Shown here: piece by piece, positions 17,501 to 19,701 of the stretch
How the letters are laid out: every line of letters starts with the position of its first letter
Position numbering within the stretch: position 1 is the stretch's first letter
Assembly: GCA_016840035.1 (NCBI GenBank)
Contig: JAEOTC010000120.1
Span: 1 to 19,701 of the forward strand
From: Candidatus Hodarchaeota archaeon
GTDB taxonomy: Archaea; Asgardarchaeota; Heimdallarchaeia; Hodarchaeales; Hodarchaeaceae
Direction of reading: 5' to 3'
DNA length: 19,701 nt
Translations under genes and position numbers: made by a program
Notes under the pieces: model-generated
The model's database searches: none
Told to the model about the DNA's origin: nothing
What the model saw: only the letters and a program-made list of their open reading frames with translations

Positions 17501-18093
17501 AATATTTACCAGTGGGTACAACAGATATCAAGATGCCGGATATTAATATCTCAATAACAGTTTCTGAAGCAACTAATGTTACCATTCAGCGGTTAACACA
17601 AGTAGTTCAGTACATGACTCCCAATAAAAGTGATTATTATAATTACGGCTTATTCATTGATATAATTTTAGAGAATCAAGATGCTTTAGAGGTTTTGATA
17701 GTTAGTTTTAGTGTAGCACATCTTCTCGACACACTAACCGCTCAAGGATTAGAAATCTACGATATTGAAGTATTCTTCTATAATGACTCCTCACATGAAT
17801 GGGAACCAGCTGATGAAACCGCACACAACAAAACATTGTCGTTAGTAATTGGTACATTTAACCATACGACGACAATTGGAGCACTTGGTCGTGCAGAAAG
17901 ACCTACTATATCTGAAGGGGAATTTCCATTCTTTTTCATCCTTCTTATTGTACTATCTCTCAGTGGAGTTGCAGGTGGAGCACTTTTGATTTATGAACAT
18001 CAACTAAAGATGCAGAGCGGAGAATTATCCATACTTTCTCAGATTGAGAAGTATCTAAAAGAACTCCAACGTCGATTAGGCAAAGAGGAATAA
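14554..18093 (+). CDS. Membrane-anchored surface glycoprotein with right-handed parallel beta-helix (NosD/CASH-like) domains, Ig-like domains and C-terminal TM
   Basis: Signal-like N-terminus, ~23-aa Asn/Ile/Gly beta-helix repeats, NosD-type GNYWDTYFGIDADGDGFGDTPYSIPG..DNFPL, and a C-terminal ~390 aa paralogous to the 2110-aa protein. Confidence 0.88.
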   Translation: MKLDQYVQKLLVMIILLILSTQISVNLNLHLNNHHFQSESDYRTNNFLRNLDTLREDNKRGVNTEIKTGFNYNNQVMYSTSDFIGPPNQTGNELIESISITSDNEFKAVASAMGWKGTGNPYDPIIIENYNFSLNSPSTRLLMQDTSIEFIIRNCVFENAANLTTFYNVSNGILRGNIFQNATSYGLFLDEFGLDNRIVHNIFENNATGGINAFNDNDTNEFYYNWWDIHSGGSAGGIFYSGYSVPGYGASLEQGSRVYKQYWNVDEMILMSNAQLDWNMFNKGFLGNGTEENPYRIQYVNFSFAMETPLIDISNVDKYLVLEDCYFDANYMVTAINMNSASNIEIKNCTILKGAPGINADSVSNFFILDCSINESGTHGFYGTNINDLFMIDCSITDSGSDGFYGSNINDSIIDSLSIYKTQSQGLFFRYSNNVSVRNSQMENITYTGLFFQYSSDIIVNNCIVQNCLAVNSRGIRCDNVDEIRINNTEVHNISGYAVYLYYTSNSTINNSEISFSSIGLFTYTLGDCNISSTTIWNHTRYGIEVMPGENNNTFSDLDIFNCDTGMKITDTRTNVLMYNRIHHNNIGIELDGEEGETEFTSIFWNNVTSNYGTGILLTFAAENLISSNRIQNNNKGVECTSFSENNTFYQNTFLNNEVVDNGTTNYWDNGSYGNYWDTYFGIDADGDGFGDTPYSIPGSANAFDNFPLVSLIPLPEIVLTVPQNSSIINSYATLEFLFLNSNGTYIYNWDGSSNQTASIEEPIPLPATEGLHTLAIYLSNGQTWTKERYMFTLDNTDPVIESWDNLHEGSEVGAGTTLTFSIIDLHFENFWYVWNTTHGSLPVVSSDIPWVEVPNITGDWTLRIYANDTAGNEHYNSITVTVLAPVDMTLIYPNGGEDDGGYINITWVSSEDLTYNLQYSPDGGYTWVTLSESLNSTFYIWDTATPGLNGSTYLVRIRSITPGKPGEIRSETSFSIVNIIKKYLPVGTTDIKMPDINISITVSEATNVTIQRLTQVVQYMTPNKSDYYNYGLFIDIILENQDALEVLIVSFSVAHLLDTLTAQGLEIYDIEVFFYNDSSHEWEPADETAHNKTLSLVIGTFNHTTTIGALGRAERPTISEGEFPFFFILLIVLSLSGVAGGALLIYEHQLKMQSGELSILSQIEKYLKELQRRLGKEE
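15661..15798 (+). repeat. 69-bp imperfect tandem duplication (one beta-helix rung)
   Basis: DCSINESGTHGFYGTNINDLFMI followed by DCSITDSGSDGFYGSNINDSIID. DNA similarity is still visible (GAyTGTAGTATTA...ATGGATTTTATGG). Confidence 0.75.
17912..17954 (+). repeat. 43-bp exact direct repeat, copy 2
   Basis: Identical to 14230-14272; offset 3682 bp. Confidence 0.9.
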
Positions 18094-18209
18094 TTTCATT
18101 CAGCTGGAATCGAGTTTCTTTCCTTAATTTTAATCCATGATGACTATTATTGAATCCGATAGTTAAATACTAATGGAGGAATTTATTTTGATTTATGTGA
18201 GGTTAGAAA

Positions 18210-18737
18210 ATGAGTGAAAAGATACCTCCTGGACCAAATCCTCCTGAAGCAATCTATGTCCGAATCGAGATTCCTATGGGTTCAAAAGTCAAATATGAAT
18301 TCAATAAAGAATTTAATACAATTTTTGTTGATAGAATATTACATTCTTCTGTAGTATATCCAGCAACATACGGATATATTCCACAAACGTTATGTGATGA
18401 TGGAGATCCGATTGATGTCCTTGTAGTCCATAGTGCGGGAATCGAATTTGTACCAGGATGTATTATCCCCGCAAGACCGGTAGCAGTTCTTAGAATGAAG
18501 GATGAGAAGGGAGAAGATGACAAAATAATAGCTATTCCGATTGATGATCCACGAAGTGAAGAAATCCAATCCTTAGAGACTATTCCCAAGCATTTACTTA
18601 GAGAAATCGAAGAATTTTTTAACACCTACAAACACTTAGAACGTGGGAAGATCACAACAATTGTTGGGTGGAATAATAAAGCAATAGCCTTAGATATCAT
18701 AAACGATTCGATTTCACAATATCTAGATATAAAATAA
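18210..18737 (+). CDS. ppa: Inorganic pyrophosphatase, family I
   Basis: EIPMGSKVKYE, DRIL, YPATYGYIPQTL, DGDPIDV, DEKGEDDKII and FFNTYKHLE motifs; GTGAGGT RBS upstream. Confidence 0.96.
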   Translation: MSEKIPPGPNPPEAIYVRIEIPMGSKVKYEFNKEFNTIFVDRILHSSVVYPATYGYIPQTLCDDGDPIDVLVVHSAGIEFVPGCIIPARPVAVLRMKDEKGEDDKIIAIPIDDPRSEEIQSLETIPKHLLREIEEFFNTYKHLERGKITTIVGWNNKAIALDIINDSISQYLDIK

Positions 18738-18749
18738 CAACAAAATAAC

Positions 18750-18756
18750 TTTTTTT
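18750..18756 (+). terminator. Oligo-T archaeal terminator candidate after ppa
   Basis: Seven consecutive T, 12 nt after the stop codon. Confidence 0.45.
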
Positions 18757-18846
18757 AAAAGATATCTTTGAACATCTTTTGCGAAGACTTTCTTTAGTAA
18801 CAATCAAAAAGACCAGACATGATAAAGTATATAGTGGAGAAAAGCT

Positions 18847-19317
18847 ATGAATCCTGGTCAAATTAATGAACGTCTGCAGTCTGTTGATGAAGGAGAATTA
18901 GGTAAAATAAAAACCCGGATTTCTCATTTAAAGGAACAACTAAAAATCCCAGAGGATATTGCAAAAAGGATTAAATTTGAATTAAATGACAGCTATCAAA
19001 AAGCTGAAGAAGCTATTTCAATGGTTGGCGGAAGCACTGATGATATATCGAAAATGTGGGGTTACAACTATGGAAGCATATTATACAATTATTTGAATCA
19101 GAGAGACTCATTGGAGGGTAGGCAAGCATTAAGTTTCATCAAAATGGCTCTAGGATATGAACTCACCTCTCATGGTTTCTCGGAAATCCAGTATTCGAGT
19201 TTTGTGATGGGATTAGGACTCCGATTTACGTTAGGTTTTGAAAATCTTAAGAAAAATATTTCTGAAATTGAACAGGAACTTCAGAAGCTTGACACTCTAC
19301 CAAATGACGAACATTGA
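18847..19317 (+). CDS. Hypothetical alpha-helical/coiled-coil protein
   Basis: 156-aa ORF with ATG start and GGAGA upstream. Heptad-like segments at both ends; no recognised motif. Confidence 0.7.
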   Translation: MNPGQINERLQSVDEGELGKIKTRISHLKEQLKIPEDIAKRIKFELNDSYQKAEEAISMVGGSTDDISKMWGYNYGSILYNYLNQRDSLEGRQALSFIKMALGYELTSHGFSEIQYSSFVMGLGLRFTLGFENLKKNISEIEQELQKLDTLPNDEH

Positions 19318-19413
19318 GGGCAATATTCAAAAATCGAATGAAAAAATGATTCCTTGAGAACATTTGAGTTTTATCTACTATTAGGTTGACAGTAATGTTC
19401 AAGGTGAATACGA

Positions 19414-19701
19414 ATGACTATTTCCGAATTTCCCAACCCCATAAAGGACTCTCTTTCTCAGTTCGGAGATATAGCTCTAACTTCGCGCTCACCAATTACA
19501 TTACGCGGTTCTAATTTTAAAGATCCTTCATTTATCTATAGTGATTCGCATTCAGATAAAAAATGGCTTTGGAAAAGATCTACCACAAACCGTGTAATCC
19601 GAGAATACATTGCTTCTCATTTAGCATCTAAATTGGGAATAAATGTCCCACAAGCACTTTTAGCACAAAAAGACACACAAATTGGTTTACTCTATGAATG
19701 G
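19414..19701 (+). CDS. HipA-like / PI3-PI4-kinase-like atypical kinase, N-terminal part (partial)
   Basis: Not in the ORF track. AGGTGA RBS at 19402-19407, ATG 19414, 96 open codons to the window end: MTISEFPNPIKDS...KKWLWKRSTTNRVIREYIASHLASKLGINVPQALLAQKDTQIGLLYEW. The K...E-x-x-A-x-x-LA-x-x-LG-x-x-VP pattern is the HipA-family N-lobe. Confidence 0.65.
   Translation, partial: MTISEFPNPIKDSLSQFGDIALTSRSPITLRGSNFKDPSFIYSDSHSDKKWLWKRSTTNRVIREYIASHLASKLGINVPQALLAQKDTQIGLLYEW

Noticed and set aside
13706-17585. Antisense ORFs 13706-14029 and 17370-17585 that resemble each other
   Set aside because: They are shadows of the paralogous cassette on the plus strand, so their similarity is inherited from the real genes.
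14230-17954. Diversity-generating retroelement TR/VR pair, att sites or CRISPR repeats
   Set aside because: No reverse transcriptase, integrase or cas gene. There are only two copies, both in-frame in paralogous coding sequence, and the flanking differences are not adenine-specific.
18254-18625. 123-aa antisense ORF
   Set aside because: Lies wholly opposite the well-supported ppa gene and has the Ser/Ile-rich composition of a shadow frame.

Overview
AT-rich archaeal window. The longin-type domain, GGTGA/GGAGG ribosome-binding sites and sequon-rich surface proteins suggest an Asgard archaeon (inference). The left end has a partial fold-type III PLP enzyme (missing from the ORF track), an M32 carboxypeptidase, a 7TM protein ending in a lone histidine-kinase DHp domain, an ICMT-family methyltransferase and a small RHH-like gene. 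The centre (4439-18093) is a tightly packed co-directional cluster: an intact MinD/ParA ATPase, a degenerate MinD fused to a longin-like domain, an ~11-TM protein, and two giant surface proteins (2110 and 1179 aa). These two have unrelated N-terminal regions but share a ~390-aa C-terminal module (gapless over ~1 kb) with an identical NHTTT motif, a TM helix and an amphipathic tail. This cluster is the best candidate for an undescribed system, possibly adhesin positioning or transmembrane signalling. The right end has ppa, a hypothetical protein and a partial HipA-like kinase (also missing from the ORF track). No rRNA, tRNA, CRISPR or mobile element was seen. All family calls come from motif reading by eye; no searches were run.
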